Shown in pieces: positions 17,802 through 30,037 of a stretch of 64,000 nucleotides of DNA. The stretch's first letter is position 1. Each line of letters opens with the position of its first letter. Position numbers and translations under genes: made by a program. Source of the DNA: Candidatus Eiseniibacteriota bacterium (lineage in GTDB: Bacteria > Eisenbacteria > RBG-16-71-46); contig JBGAML010000010.1 in the NCBI GenBank assembly GCA_044223005.1, positions 32,001 through 96,000 on the forward strand, read 5' to 3'. The notes beneath the pieces were generated by a model that was not told the origin of the DNA, did no database searches, and saw nothing but the letters and a program-made list of their open reading frames with translations.

Positions 17802-20402
17802 ATGTCGTCCATCCCTCGTCCGGCCGCCGTCGCGGCCGTGCTGCTCGCTGCCGCGCTGATCGTGCCCGGCCTCGCGTCGGCGGCGGGCGCCGCACGCGCG
17901 CCGATCAAGCGCTACCAGGCGCGGCTGCTCGCGCGCGAGCCGATGCACGAGAAGCGCGAGCGCCGCGAACGCTTCGAGCGCCTGCGCGAGCTGCGCAAGC
18001 TCGCGAAGCGCCTGCAGGCGAGCGGCCAGGCCAACCTGCGCGTGCGCGGCGAACGACTGCGTCCCGAGACGGGCGAGCCCGACGAGCACGGCCCGCGCGC
18101 GGTCGCATCGCCGGCGCGCGTCACCGCGCCCGCGACGCTGGACCGCGCACTTTCGCCGCCGCGGCCGAACGTGCGCTGCAACACCACGACGGGCGACGGC
18201 AGTTCCGACGGCCAGTGCGAGACGTCGATCGCGCGCTGGGGGAACTACATGCTCGCGGCCTGGAACGACGGCACGGGCTTCTCCGACGGCACCAACCAGA
18301 CGCAGGGCTGGGCGACGTCCGTCGACGGCGGCGCCACGTGGGTGGACCAGGGCAAGTTCCCCACCCCGGCGGCCTACGCGAGCTGGAAGTGGACCAGCGA
18401 TCCGGTGCTGATCGTGAACCCGGTCACGGGGGCCTTCTACTACGCGGGCCTCGCGGACGCGAACTCCACGACCAGCGCGATCGGCGTGATCAAGGGTCGC
18501 TTCTCGGGCACGACGTTCGCGTGGGGCGCGCCCTCGGTCGTGCGCACCGTCACGGGCAACGACTTCCTCGACAAGGAATGGATCGCGTGGGATCCGACGC
18601 GGTCGCGCGTCGACCTCAGCTACTCGCGCTTCCCGGGCGGCATCAGCCGGATCGAGTTCCAGAGCGCGGACAGCTCCCTCACCTCGTGGTCCACGGTGGC
18701 GGCCGTCTCGATCACGGGTTCGGGGCCCACCAGCGAGGACGGCTTCGTGCAGGGCTCGCGGCCCGTCGTCACGCCCGACGGCACGCTGGTCGTCGTCTAC
18801 TACCTGATCGGGACCGCCGACACCGACCTCTATCGCATCGCGCGCTCGGCCGACGGCGGCGTGTCGTTCGCCTCGCCCAACGACGCGGTGACGTTCGCGC
18901 CCAACTTCGGCACCGGCGCGCCGGGCTTCAACCGCGAGATCGGCATCCAGTTCCCGTCGATCGCCGTCGACCGCAGCGGCGGCCCGAACGACGGCCGGCT
19001 CTACCTCGCGTGGGCCGAGTCGATCGACTGGATCGACGATCTCGGCAACCTCGGCAACGGCGGCCGCGTGCTCGAGGTCGAAAACAACGATGCCGCCGGT
19101 TCCGGCACACCGCTCACCGTGGGCCAGAGCGCGGGCGGCAGCTTCAGCTCCGGCGGCGACCTCTACGACTTCTACAAGCTGCCGCTCACCGCGGGCCAGA
19201 GCGTGATCGTGGCGATCGATTCGCTGGCGACCGGGCTCGCCCTCGCGACGCGCCTGTTCGCTCCCGACCAGTCGACGCGGCTCACGTTCACGCAGGCGAA
19301 CTCGTCCGATCTCGCGTTCGGCCCGGCGCCGTGGATGTTCACCGCCCCGGTCACGGGCACGTACTACCTTCGCGTGGGCTTCATCACCGGCAGCGGCCCG
19401 TACGTGATCACGACCGGCGCCGCCGCGCGCAACACCGAGCGTGGCCGCGACCAGCGCGACGTGTTCGTGTCGCACAGCGACGACCACGGCGCCTCGTGGA
19501 GCACGCCGGTGCGCGTGAACCAGGGCGCCGTCGGTTTCGACGACTGGCTGCCCGAAGTGGCCGTGGCCGGCGACGGCCAGGTCTACTGCGCGTGGTACGA
19601 CTTCCGCGACGCGACCGCCTCCACCGCGGGCGGCGAATCGTCCGTCTACCTGGCGCGCTCGAGCGACGGCGGCGTGAACTGGGCCGAACTCGGCGCCACG
19701 TCCGATGCGCGCACGGCGTGGACGAGCACGAGCAGCAACATCATTCCCAACCAGGGCGACTACCTCTCGCTGTTCGCCGACGCCTCGGGCCTGGTCGCCG
19801 CGTGGTCCGACGGCCGCGGCGGCACGCCCGACGTGTACATGTCGTCGTGGACCGCCGCCGAGATCTCGCTGCTGCCCGCGCTGCTCTCGGCCACGCTCAC
19901 CAACAGCCAGGTCGACCTGCTCTGGAGCGTGGGCGCGCCACAGGGCTTTGCCGCGGAGCTCTACCGCCGCGTGGACGGCGCCGCGTGGGACTCGCTGGGC
20001 ACGCTGCTTTCGGACGCGAACGGCCACCTGTCCTACACCGACACGCAGGTATCGATCGGGCACACGTACGACTGGCGGCTGGGCGTGATGATTTCGGGCA
20101 GCGAGTACTTCTACGGCCAGGCCACGATCCGCATCACCGGCGAGCTCGCGCTGGCCGGCGTGCGCCCCAACCCGGCCACGAAGACGAGCGTGATCGCGTT
20201 CACGCTCGCCTCCAACGCCCCCGCGACGCTCTCGCTCTACGACCTCACAGGCCGCCGGATCAGCTCACGCGACGTCGGCGCGCTCGGCGCCGGTGACCAC
20301 GCGGTCCCGCTCTGGACCGGCGAGAAGCCCAACGCGGGCGTCTACTTCGTCCGCCTGAGCCAATCCGGCCGCGACATCACGAAGCGGGTCGTGGTGCTGT
20401 AA
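17802..20402 (+). CDS. Secreted BNR/sialidase-like beta-propeller with inserted PPC-like domain, Ig module and T9SS-like CTD
   Basis: Asp-boxes SVDGGATW, SADGGVSF, SDDHGASW, SSDGGVNW; DKEW; GDY; EVENND..DFYKL insert; CTD RPNPA..LYDLTGRRI..GVYFVRL. Confidence 0.8.
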   Translation: MSSIPRPAAVAAVLLAAALIVPGLASAAGAARAPIKRYQARLLAREPMHEKRERRERFERLRELRKLAKRLQASGQANLRVRGERLRPETGEPDEHGPRAVASPARVTAPATLDRALSPPRPNVRCNTTTGDGSSDGQCETSIARWGNYMLAAWNDGTGFSDGTNQTQGWATSVDGGATWVDQGKFPTPAAYASWKWTSDPVLIVNPVTGAFYYAGLADANSTTSAIGVIKGRFSGTTFAWGAPSVVRTVTGNDFLDKEWIAWDPTRSRVDLSYSRFPGGISRIEFQSADSSLTSWSTVAAVSITGSGPTSEDGFVQGSRPVVTPDGTLVVVYYLIGTADTDLYRIARSADGGVSFASPNDAVTFAPNFGTGAPGFNREIGIQFPSIAVDRSGGPNDGRLYLAWAESIDWIDDLGNLGNGGRVLEVENNDAAGSGTPLTVGQSAGGSFSSGGDLYDFYKLPLTAGQSVIVAIDSLATGLALATRLFAPDQSTRLTFTQANSSDLAFGPAPWMFTAPVTGTYYLRVGFITGSGPYVITTGAAARNTERGRDQRDVFVSHSDDHGASWSTPVRVNQGAVGFDDWLPEVAVAGDGQVYCAWYDFRDATASTAGGESSVYLARSSDGGVNWAELGATSDARTAWTSTSSNIIPNQGDYLSLFADASGLVAAWSDGRGGTPDVYMSSWTAAEISLLPALLSATLTNSQVDLLWSVGAPQGFAAELYRRVDGAAWDSLGTLLSDANGHLSYTDTQVSIGHTYDWRLGVMISGSEYFYGQATIRITGELALAGVRPNPATKTSVIAFTLASNAPATLSLYDLTGRRISSRDVGALGAGDHAVPLWTGEKPNAGVYFVRLSQSGRDITKRVVVL

Positions 20403-20424
20403 CCCACTCGCGCACAACGCATCA

Positions 20425-20464
20425 CCGGCGCGGGCGCCCCTCGGGGCGCCCGCGCCGGCGTTTT
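20425..20464 (+). terminator. Intrinsic terminator
   Basis: 15-bp stem CCGGCGCGGGCGCCC-ctcg-GGGCGCCCGCGCCGG followed by CGTTTT. Confidence 0.75.
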
Positions 20465-20613
20465 CGGGAGCGCGGCCGCCGCGCCGCATGCCCTCCGTCG
20501 CATGTGCCCCGGGCGGCCCGGGGCTCCGGCGCCCCGCCGCGGCCCCGCGATCCCCCTCGCAAGCCCGCGCCGGCGCGGCAGTTCGCCCGCAAAGTTCTGG
20601 CGCTCCCCGGCCG

Positions 20614-20651
20614 ATTGTGTTTTTATACGGTCGTCCGCATATTTATGCATT
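20614..20651 (+). promoter_or_regulatory. Tandem ARG boxes (ArgR operator)
   Basis: AT-rich cores TGTGTTTTTATACG (20616) and CGCATATTTATGCA (20636) lie 20 bp apart, i.e. two 18-bp boxes with a 2-bp spacer, immediately before argR. Confidence 0.8.
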
Positions 20652-20667
20652 CCGTTCCGGAGGTTCC

Positions 20668-21141
20668 GTGTCGCGTTCCCGTCGGCTCACCGTCATCGGC
20701 CAGTTGCTGGGCGAGCGGCGCTTCTCCAGCCAGGAGGAGCTCGCGCTGGCGCTCGGGCGCACCGGCATCGAGGTCACGCAGGCCACGCTCTCGCGCGACC
20801 TGCGCAGCCTCGGTGTCGCCAAGCGTTCCGGCGCGGGCGGCGAGTCGTACTACGAGCTGCCGGCGCCGGCGGCGGAGGCGTTCGATCGCAACCGCCAGAT
20901 GCTCGACCTGAAGGTGTTCGTCAACGAGGTCCGGCTCGCCGGCAACCTCGCCGTGGTCCGCACTCCCCCTGGGCACGCGAGTGCCGTCGCGAGGGCCATC
21001 GACATGCTCGATTTCCAGGAACTCGTCGGCTCCGTCGCCGGCGACGACACGGTGCTGTGCGTCTTCGCCGGTTCGCCGTCGGCCCGCCGGTTCAAGCGCC
21101 ACCTCGACGCGCTCTCCGGCCGCACGGGAGCCGCCCAGTGA
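20668..21141 (+). CDS. argR: Arginine repressor
   Basis: SQEEL..VTQATLSRDL; VVRTPPGHA; GSVAGDDTV; GGAGG before GTG. Confidence 0.95.
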   Translation: MSRSRRLTVIGQLLGERRFSSQEELALALGRTGIEVTQATLSRDLRSLGVAKRSGAGGESYYELPAPAAEAFDRNRQMLDLKVFVNEVRLAGNLAVVRTPPGHASAVARAIDMLDFQELVGSVAGDDTVLCVFAGSPSARRFKRHLDALSGRTGAAQ

Positions 21142-22208
21142 GCGCGCCCACGATTCCCGCCGTCGAGAAGTCGCCCCGCGAGGGTGCCGCCCGCCAGACG
21201 GCACGCGTCGCCGTGCTCGGCGCCAGCGGCTACTCGGGCCAGGAGTTCGTGCGGCTCGCGCTCGGGCACGACGGCGTGCAGATCGCCGCGCTGGTCTCCC
21301 GCGAGCACGCGGGCCGGCCCGCGGCCGAGCTCATGCCCGGCGTCGACGCGCGCGCCGCGCAGCTGCCCGCGCCGGTCGCGCCCGCGGCACTGCCCGCGCT
21401 CTTCGCCGAGGGCGTGTTCGACACGCTCGTCGCCTGCCTGCCGCACGGCGCGTGGAAGGCGTTCGCCGCGGAGCACGCGTGGACCGAGCGGCTGCCGCGC
21501 GTCATCGATCTCTCGAGCGACCACCGCGACGGCGCGGCCGGCTACGTCTACGGCCTGCCCGAGGCGTTCCGCGACGCGATCGCGGGCGCCCACCGCATCG
21601 CGAACCCCGGCTGCTACCCGACGGCCGCGACGCTGGCGCTGCTGCCCGCGCTCGAGCGCGGCTGGCTCGCGGGCCCGGTGTCGGTCACCGCGCTCTCCGG
21701 CGTGAGCGGCGCGGGCCGCGCCCCGGCACTGCGCACGTCGTTCGTCGAGCTCGACGGCGGCGCCGCCATCTACAAGGCGGGCGAGGAGCACGCGCACGTG
21801 CCCGAGATGACGCGCAACTTCGCGCACCTTTCGCCCGAGATCTCGCCGCAGGTGGCGTTCGTGCCCCAGCTGACGCCCATGGCTCGCGGCATCCTGCTCA
21901 CCGCGACCGCGCCGCTGGCGCACGAGGTGGATCCGGAAGAGGCGCGCGAGGCGTACGCGAGCCGCTACGAGGGCGAGGCGTTCGTGCAGGTGCTCGATCC
22001 GGGCGTGTGGCCCGAGACGCGCGCGGTGCGCGGCTCCAACCGCTGCGACCTCGGCGTCACCACCGTGCACGGCGGCCGCACGCTGCTGGCCACGGCCGCG
22101 ATCGACAACCTCGTGAAGGGCGCCGCCGGCCAGGCGATGCAGAACCTGAACCTGCTGCTCGGCTGGCCCGAAGGCTGGGCGCTGCCGGTGCACGGGAACC
22201 CGTGGTGA
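21138..22208 (+). CDS. argC: N-acetyl-gamma-glutamyl-phosphate reductase
   Basis: GASGYSG, IANPGCYPT, SGVSGAG, IDNLVKGAAGQAMQN. Confidence 0.95.
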   Translation: MSAPTIPAVEKSPREGAARQTARVAVLGASGYSGQEFVRLALGHDGVQIAALVSREHAGRPAAELMPGVDARAAQLPAPVAPAALPALFAEGVFDTLVACLPHGAWKAFAAEHAWTERLPRVIDLSSDHRDGAAGYVYGLPEAFRDAIAGAHRIANPGCYPTAATLALLPALERGWLAGPVSVTALSGVSGAGRAPALRTSFVELDGGAAIYKAGEEHAHVPEMTRNFAHLSPEISPQVAFVPQLTPMARGILLTATAPLAHEVDPEEAREAYASRYEGEAFVQVLDPGVWPETRAVRGSNRCDLGVTTVHGGRTLLATAAIDNLVKGAAGQAMQNLNLLLGWPEGWALPVHGNPW

Positions 22209-22318
22209 ACGTGAAGATGAACCTGTCGAACGGAGACGGAAGCGTGGGAACGGTGGCTCGGGGGAACCGGCGCGGGACGCCGGTCGCGGCCCATCCGACC
22301 GCGCGGGAGACCGTGCCG

Positions 22319-23122
22319 ATGGCGACGGAGAAGCCCGTCGTCGTCAAGCTCGGTGGCCGGGCCCTCGAAGCGCCGGGAGCGCTTCGCGAGTTCGCCGCCG
22401 CGCTCGCGCGGCTCTCCCGCGTCGCGCTCCTCGTCCACGGCGGCGGTGCCGAGGTGACGTCCTGGTGCGCACGGCTCGGGATCGAGTCGCGCTTCGAGGA
22501 CGGCCTGCGCGTGACCGACGAGCCGACGCTCGAGGTGGCGACCGCGGTGCTGGCCGGACTCGCGAACAAGCGGCTCGTCGCCGCGCTGCGCGCGCTCGAC
22601 GTGAACGCGGTCGGGCTCGCGGCGCTGGACGGCGGCATCGTGGCCGCGCGGCCGCACCCGCTCGCCGACCGGCTCGGCGCGGTCGGCACGCTGGCCTCGG
22701 TGGACGGCACGCTGCCCGCGTCGCTGCTCGCATCCGGCTTCACGCCGGTGATCGCGAGCATCGCCGCGGGTCCCGACGGCGCGCTGCTGAACCTCAACGC
22801 CGACGACGCGGCGACCGCGCTCGCCGCCGCCGTCGGCGCGAGCGACCTGCTGCTGCTCTCCGACACGCCCGGCGTCAAGCTCGACGGCGCGCCGGTCGCG
22901 ACGATCCGCTTCGAGGACCTGGCCGCGACGATCGCGCGCCCCGACGTGAGCGGCGGCATGGTGCCCAAGCTCAAGGCCGCGGGCGAGGCGCTCGCGGGCG
23001 GCGTCGATCGCGTCGCGCTCGGCGCGTGGTCCGGGCCCGACACGCTCGCGTCGCTGCTCGCCGGCACGGCGGGCACCACGATCGTCGCCGCACCCGAAGC
23101 GAAGGAGGCCCACCGTGGCTGA
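22319..23122 (+). CDS. argB: Acetylglutamate kinase
   Basis: VVKLGG, VHGGG, GLRVTD, NLNAD, GGMVPK. An alternative coupled start exists at 22205. Confidence 0.93.
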   Translation: MATEKPVVVKLGGRALEAPGALREFAAALARLSRVALLVHGGGAEVTSWCARLGIESRFEDGLRVTDEPTLEVATAVLAGLANKRLVAALRALDVNAVGLAALDGGIVAARPHPLADRLGAVGTLASVDGTLPASLLASGFTPVIASIAAGPDGALLNLNADDAATALAAAVGASDLLLLSDTPGVKLDGAPVATIRFEDLAATIARPDVSGGMVPKLKAAGEALAGGVDRVALGAWSGPDTLASLLAGTAGTTIVAAPEAKEAHRG

Positions 23123-24362
23123 AGCGCCCGTCATGACGCCGCCGCAGGCCGGCTTCGCCACCGCGGAGCCCGCGCTGCTCTCGCCCACGTACCCGCTGCC
23201 GCGGCTCGAGCTCACGAGCGGGAGCGGCGCGCGCGTGCGCGACGCCGCCGGCCGCGAGTACCTGGACTTCGTGAGCGGGATCGCGGTCAACGCGTTCGGC
23301 CACGCGCCGGCCGGTCTCGCGGAAGTGGTCGCGGCACAGCTCGGCACGCTCGGCCACTGCTCCAACATCTTCGCCAACGCGCCCGGCGTCGCGCTCGCCG
23401 CCGCGCTGACGCGCGCCACGGGCTACGACCGCGTGTTCTTCTGCAACTCGGGCACCGAGGGCAACGACGCCGCGCTCAAGTTCGCGCGCGCCCGCGCCGG
23501 CAAGCTCGGCCTGCCGGGCCGCGACATCGTCGCGTTCCAGGGCGGCTTCCACGGCCGCACGGGCTTCGCGCTCTCGGCCACGCACACGCCGTCCTACCGC
23601 GCGCCCTTCGAGCCGCTGATTCCGGGCATCCGCTTCGGCGCCTTCAACGACGTCGCGGGGTTGGACGCGCTGATCGACGCGAACACCTGCGCCGTGATCG
23701 TGGAGCCCGTGCAGGGCGAGAGCGGCGCGGTGCCCGCGACGCCGGCGTTCCTGCAGGCGCTGCGCGCGCGCGCCACGGCGGTGAACGCGGCGCTGATCTT
23801 CGACGAGGTGCAGACGGGCATGGGCCGCTGCGGCACGCTGCTCGCGCAGGAGCATTTCGGCGTGCGCGGCGACCTCACCGTGATGAGCAAGGCGCTCGGC
23901 GCCGGCCTGCCGATCGGCGCGGTGCTCATGACGGAGGCGGTGGCCGCGTGCCTCGCGCCCGGCATGCACGGCTGCACGTTCGGCGGCAACCCGGTGAGCT
24001 GCGCGGCGGCGAACTGGTCGCTCGCCAAGGTGACGGCGCCCGGCATGCTGGACGGCGTGCGCCGCGCGGCGGCGGCGCTGGAGCAGGGCCTCGCCGCGCT
24101 GGCCGCGAAGCACCCGTCCGTGCGCGAGTCGCGCGGACTCGGCCTGCTGCGCGCGATCGATCTCGCTCCGGAGGCGCCGTTCGGCCCGCCGGAGCTGCTC
24201 GCGGCGGCGCGCGAACGCGGGCTGCTGCTCGTGCGGGGCGGAGAGCGGGCGGTGCGGCTGCTGCCGCCGCTCACGGTGACGAACGACGACATCACGAACG
24301 CGCTGGCGATGCTCGATGCGGCACTCGCGGCGCTCGAATCACCCGGAGGAGAAACGAAGTGA
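23115..24362 (+). CDS. argD: Acetylornithine aminotransferase
   Basis: YLDFVSGIAV, FCNSGTEGN, FHGRT, DEVQTGMGR, HGCTFGGNP. Confidence 0.93.
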   Translation: MAEAPVMTPPQAGFATAEPALLSPTYPLPRLELTSGSGARVRDAAGREYLDFVSGIAVNAFGHAPAGLAEVVAAQLGTLGHCSNIFANAPGVALAAALTRATGYDRVFFCNSGTEGNDAALKFARARAGKLGLPGRDIVAFQGGFHGRTGFALSATHTPSYRAPFEPLIPGIRFGAFNDVAGLDALIDANTCAVIVEPVQGESGAVPATPAFLQALRARATAVNAALIFDEVQTGMGRCGTLLAQEHFGVRGDLTVMSKALGAGLPIGAVLMTEAVAACLAPGMHGCTFGGNPVSCAAANWSLAKVTAPGMLDGVRRAAAALEQGLAALAAKHPSVRESRGLGLLRAIDLAPEAPFGPPELLAAARERGLLLVRGGERAVRLLPPLTVTNDDITNALAMLDAALAALESPGGETK

Positions 24363-25598
24363 AGACGAAGGGACCGAAGATCCAGAAGGCGGCACTCGCA
24401 TACTCGGGCGGACTCGACACCAGCATCATCGTGCCGTGGCTCAAGGAGCACTACGGCTGCCAGGTGGTGTGCTACTGCTCGAACGTGGGTCAGGGCGGCA
24501 TGGAACTCGACGGCCTCGAAGCCAAGGCGCACAAGATCGGCGCCGACGAGGTGATCGTCGAGGACCTGCGCCTGCCGTTCGTCCGCGACTTCGTCTATCC
24601 GATGCTGCGCGCCGGCGCGACGTACGAGGGCAAGTACCTGCTCGGCACCTCCATCGCGCGGCCGCTCATCGCCTCGCGCCAGGTGTGGGCGGCCGAGCGC
24701 ACGGGCGCCGACGCGCTCGCGCACGGCTGCACCGGCAAGGGCAACGATCAGGTGCGCTTCGAGCTCACCTACATGGCGCTGGCGCCGCAGCTGCCGGTGA
24801 TCGCGCCGTGGCGCGAGTGGGACATCGTCTCGCGCGAGGACGCGCTCGCGTACGCGGCCAAGCACAATGTGCCGCTCGCGCAGAAGCCCGGCGACCTCTA
24901 CTCGCGTGACGCCAACCTCTGGCACCTCTCGCACGAGGGCGGCCCGCTGGAGGATCCGGCGACGCCCGCGGTCGAGAGCATGTACAAGCTGACCAACGGC
25001 CCCGACCAGCAGCCGTCGAAGCCGGAGACGATCACGATCGCGTTCGAGCGCGGCCGTCCGGTGGCGCTGAACGGCAAGGTGCTCGGGCCCGTCGAGCTGA
25101 TCGAGACGCTGAACCAGGTCGCCGGGCGCCACGGCGTCGGCCGCGTGGACATCGTCGAGAGCCGGCTGGTCGGCATGAAGTCGCGCGGCGTCTACGAGAC
25201 GCCCGCGGGCACGGTGCTCTACGAGGCGCTGGAGGACCTCTGCCGCCTCACGCTGCCGCACGACCTGCTGCGCACGCGCGCCGAGCTGGCGCCGCGCTAC
25301 GCGGACCTCGTCTACAACGGCCTCTGGTTCTCGCCGCTGCGCCGCTCGCTGCAGGCGTTCGTCGACACCACGATGGACGTCGTGACCGGCGAGGTCTCGG
25401 TCGAGCTCTACCGCGGCCACGCCAACGCCGTCGCGCGCACGAGCCCGTACACGCTCTATCGCCCGGACCTCGCGTCCTTCAACATGACCGGTTACAACGC
25501 CGGCCACGCGGAAGGCTTCATCCGGCTCTTCGGCCTGCCGCTCGCGACCGCGGCGCGGCGCGGCCAGCCCGCGGCCGAGCCGGCGGAGACGGTCCAGA

Positions 25599-25606
<8 letters not shown>
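24359..25606 (+). CDS. argG: Argininosuccinate synthase
   Basis: LAYSGGLDTS, HGCTGKGNDQVRF, GMKSRGVYETP. Confidence 0.97.
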
Positions 25607-27749
<2,143 letters not shown>

Positions 27750-27763
27750 GCAAGGAGAGCACG

Positions 27764-28741
27764 GTGTCCCAGACGCCCGTCCACCTGATCGACCTGCTGG
27801 GCCTCGAGAAGCCCTGGGTGCTCGACCTCTTCCGCAGCGCCGATCAACTTCGCGCCGTGCGCGGCACGCCGCAGGCGCCGCGCCCGCTCGCCGGCAAGAC
27901 CGCCGCGATGGTCTTCCACAAGCCGTCGCTGCGCACCCGCGTGTCGTTCACCGTGGGCATGCACGAGCTGGGCGGCGACGCCGTGGACCTCACCGCCGTC
28001 GAGGTCTCCGAGAACGGCCGCGAGAGCCTGCCCGACGTCGCACGCGTGCTCGCCGAGATGGTGAACCTGGTCGTGATCCGCACGTTCAAGCACTCGCTGG
28101 TCAAGACCGTGGCCGAGCACTCGAGCGTGCCCGTGATCAACGCCCTCACCGACCAGTCGCACCCGTGCCAGATCCTCGCCGACCTCTACACGCTGTGGCG
28201 TGCCGGCCGCGACCTCGACGCGATCGAGATCGCCTGGGTGGGCGACGGCAACAACGTGCTGCAGTCCTGGCTCGAGGCCGCGACCATCTTCGGCTTCGGC
28301 CTGCGCGTCGCGGTGCCGGAAGGGTTCGAGCCCGACGCGAGCCTGTTCCTCGAGGCCGAGCGCCGGAGCAACGGCCGCGTGCGCCGCTTCCGCGATCCGC
28401 GCGAAGCCGTGCGCGACGCCGACGTGATCTACACCGACACGTGGACCAGCATGGGCCAGGAGAAGGAGAGCGAACTGCGCCGCGTCGCGTTCGCGGGCTA
28501 CACCGTGGACGAGGCGATGATGTCGCTGGCGAAATCCGACGCCTCGTTCATGCACTGCCTGCCCGCTCACCGCGGCGAAGAAGTCACCGACGCCGTGATC
28601 GACGGCCCGCAGAGCATCGTGGTCGAGGAAGCCGGCAACCGGCTCCACCTCCAGAAGGCGCTCATGGTCGCGCTCGCGGCGCCGAAGGCAGCGGGCAAGC
28701 CCGCCGCGAAGGCGCGCAGCGCCTCGCTCGTCGGCGCCTGA
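27764..28741 (+). CDS. argF: Ornithine carbamoyltransferase
   Basis: KPSLRTRVSF, HPCQILAD, GDGNNV, DTWTSMGQE, HCLPAHRGEEV; AAGGAG RBS. Confidence 0.93.
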   Translation: MSQTPVHLIDLLGLEKPWVLDLFRSADQLRAVRGTPQAPRPLAGKTAAMVFHKPSLRTRVSFTVGMHELGGDAVDLTAVEVSENGRESLPDVARVLAEMVNLVVIRTFKHSLVKTVAEHSSVPVINALTDQSHPCQILADLYTLWRAGRDLDAIEIAWVGDGNNVLQSWLEAATIFGFGLRVAVPEGFEPDASLFLEAERRSNGRVRRFRDPREAVRDADVIYTDTWTSMGQEKESELRRVAFAGYTVDEAMMSLAKSDASFMHCLPAHRGEEVTDAVIDGPQSIVVEEAGNRLHLQKALMVALAAPKAAGKPAAKARSASLVGA

Positions 28742-28760
28742 GAGAAGAGTCCCCCGAGCG

Positions 28761-28791
28761 ACGCGGCCGTTCCGACCGGGAACGGCCGCGT
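28761..28791 (+). terminator. Hairpin ending the arg operon
   Basis: 13-bp stem ACGCGGCCGTTCC-gaccg-GGAACGGCCGCGT. Confidence 0.6.
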
Positions 28792-28807
28792 TCGTGCTTC
28801 CGCCCGC

Positions 28808-28834
28808 TCATGTTCCGTCCGCCCCGGCCGAGAC
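28808..28834 (+). promoter_or_regulatory. Sigma-28-like promoter upstream of the HDOD gene
   Basis: TCAT-N15-GCCGAGAC. Confidence 0.4.
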
Positions 28835-28914
28835 TTGGGGCCGGCGTGGCGGTGTCCCGGGCCGATCCCGGCCGACCCGCGTTGGGCGCCGTGGCATTCC
28901 AGGGAGGGCCTCGC

Positions 28915-29955
28915 ATGTTCTCGCAGCTCTGGCGCCGACTGACCGGCGGATCGGCCGCACCCGCGGCCACCTCCGCTCCTGCACCGACGACGCCCGCGGC
29001 GATCGAAGCGCCGCTGCCCGCGGAGCCCTCCGTGCCCATCACGAAGGACGAGACCCGCGCCGGGCCGCCGGTGGCGACCGAGGCGTCGCTGCACCGCTCG
29101 CTGCACTGGCGCTGCAAGGTGCTCCTGGACGGCGCCTCGCGCGATGCGAAGCACTCCGACGGTCCCGAGCTGGTCGAATCGCTGCGCAACGCCAACGATG
29201 CGGTGATCCGCCAGCCTCCCGCGGCGGCGCAGCGCGCGCTCATGGTGGCGCGCGACCCGAACACGCCGGTCGACCGCGTGACGACGCTGTTCGAGAACGA
29301 CCCGATGCTCGCGCAGGGCCTGCTGCGCCAGGCGAACTCGGTCTACTACCGCCGCGACGGCACGCCGTGCACGTCGCTGCACACGGGCGTGCAGCGGATC
29401 GGCATGAAGGGCGTGCAGGGCGTACTCATGGCCAGCATGGTGCAGCAGATGCTCTGCCGGCCGGGTGGGAGCTACGACACGCTCGTGCAGAAGGTCTGGT
29501 CGCACATGCAGCGCACCGCCCCGATCGCGCGCGCCATCGCGCCGGCGTTCGGCGTGGACCCCGAGTCCGCGTACTCGCTCGCGCTGCTGCACGACGTCGG
29601 CAAGCTGGTGGTGTTCGACCACCTTTCGCGGCTGCGCCACGACCACCGGCGCGAGATCAAGATGCCGGACCACTTCTTCCGCCAGCTGCTGGGCCACCTG
29701 CACGAGCCCATCGGCGGACTCGCGGTGCTGCGTTGGGAGCTGGGCCCCGAGGCCGCGCACGCCGTCTCCGAGCATCACCGCCGCGTGCCGCCCGAGGTGC
29801 GCGACCCGGTGACGGAGTGCCTCTTCGCGGCGGAACGGATCGAGCTCGCCCACACCAACTTCACCAAGCTCGACTGGGACGCGATCTGGGCCGACGGCGC
29901 GCTGACCGCCGACGTGGCCGCGGTGCAGGAGCGGTTGAACCAGATGGAATCCTGA
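28915..29955 (+). CDS. HDOD domain protein
   Basis: ENDPMLAQGLLRQANSVYY, VQRIG, LALLHDVGKL, WEL..AVSEHH; GGGAGG RBS. Confidence 0.88.
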   Translation: MFSQLWRRLTGGSAAPAATSAPAPTTPAAIEAPLPAEPSVPITKDETRAGPPVATEASLHRSLHWRCKVLLDGASRDAKHSDGPELVESLRNANDAVIRQPPAAAQRALMVARDPNTPVDRVTTLFENDPMLAQGLLRQANSVYYRRDGTPCTSLHTGVQRIGMKGVQGVLMASMVQQMLCRPGGSYDTLVQKVWSHMQRTAPIARAIAPAFGVDPESAYSLALLHDVGKLVVFDHLSRLRHDHRREIKMPDHFFRQLLGHLHEPIGGLAVLRWELGPEAAHAVSEHHRRVPPEVRDPVTECLFAAERIELAHTNFTKLDWDAIWADGALTADVAAVQERLNQMES

Positions 29956-30037
29956 GCGCGCCGGGGCGCGATGCCGCGCCTCCGGCCAGCGCCGGCCGCA
30001 GCGGAACGTCGCGGGGCGTGTGATACCTTTTCCGCCC

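Noticed and set aside
27764..28741. Calling ArgF an N-acetylornithine transcarbamylase because of SLRT
   Set aside because: The SMG loop and HCLPAHRGEEV are canonical ornithine-type motifs.
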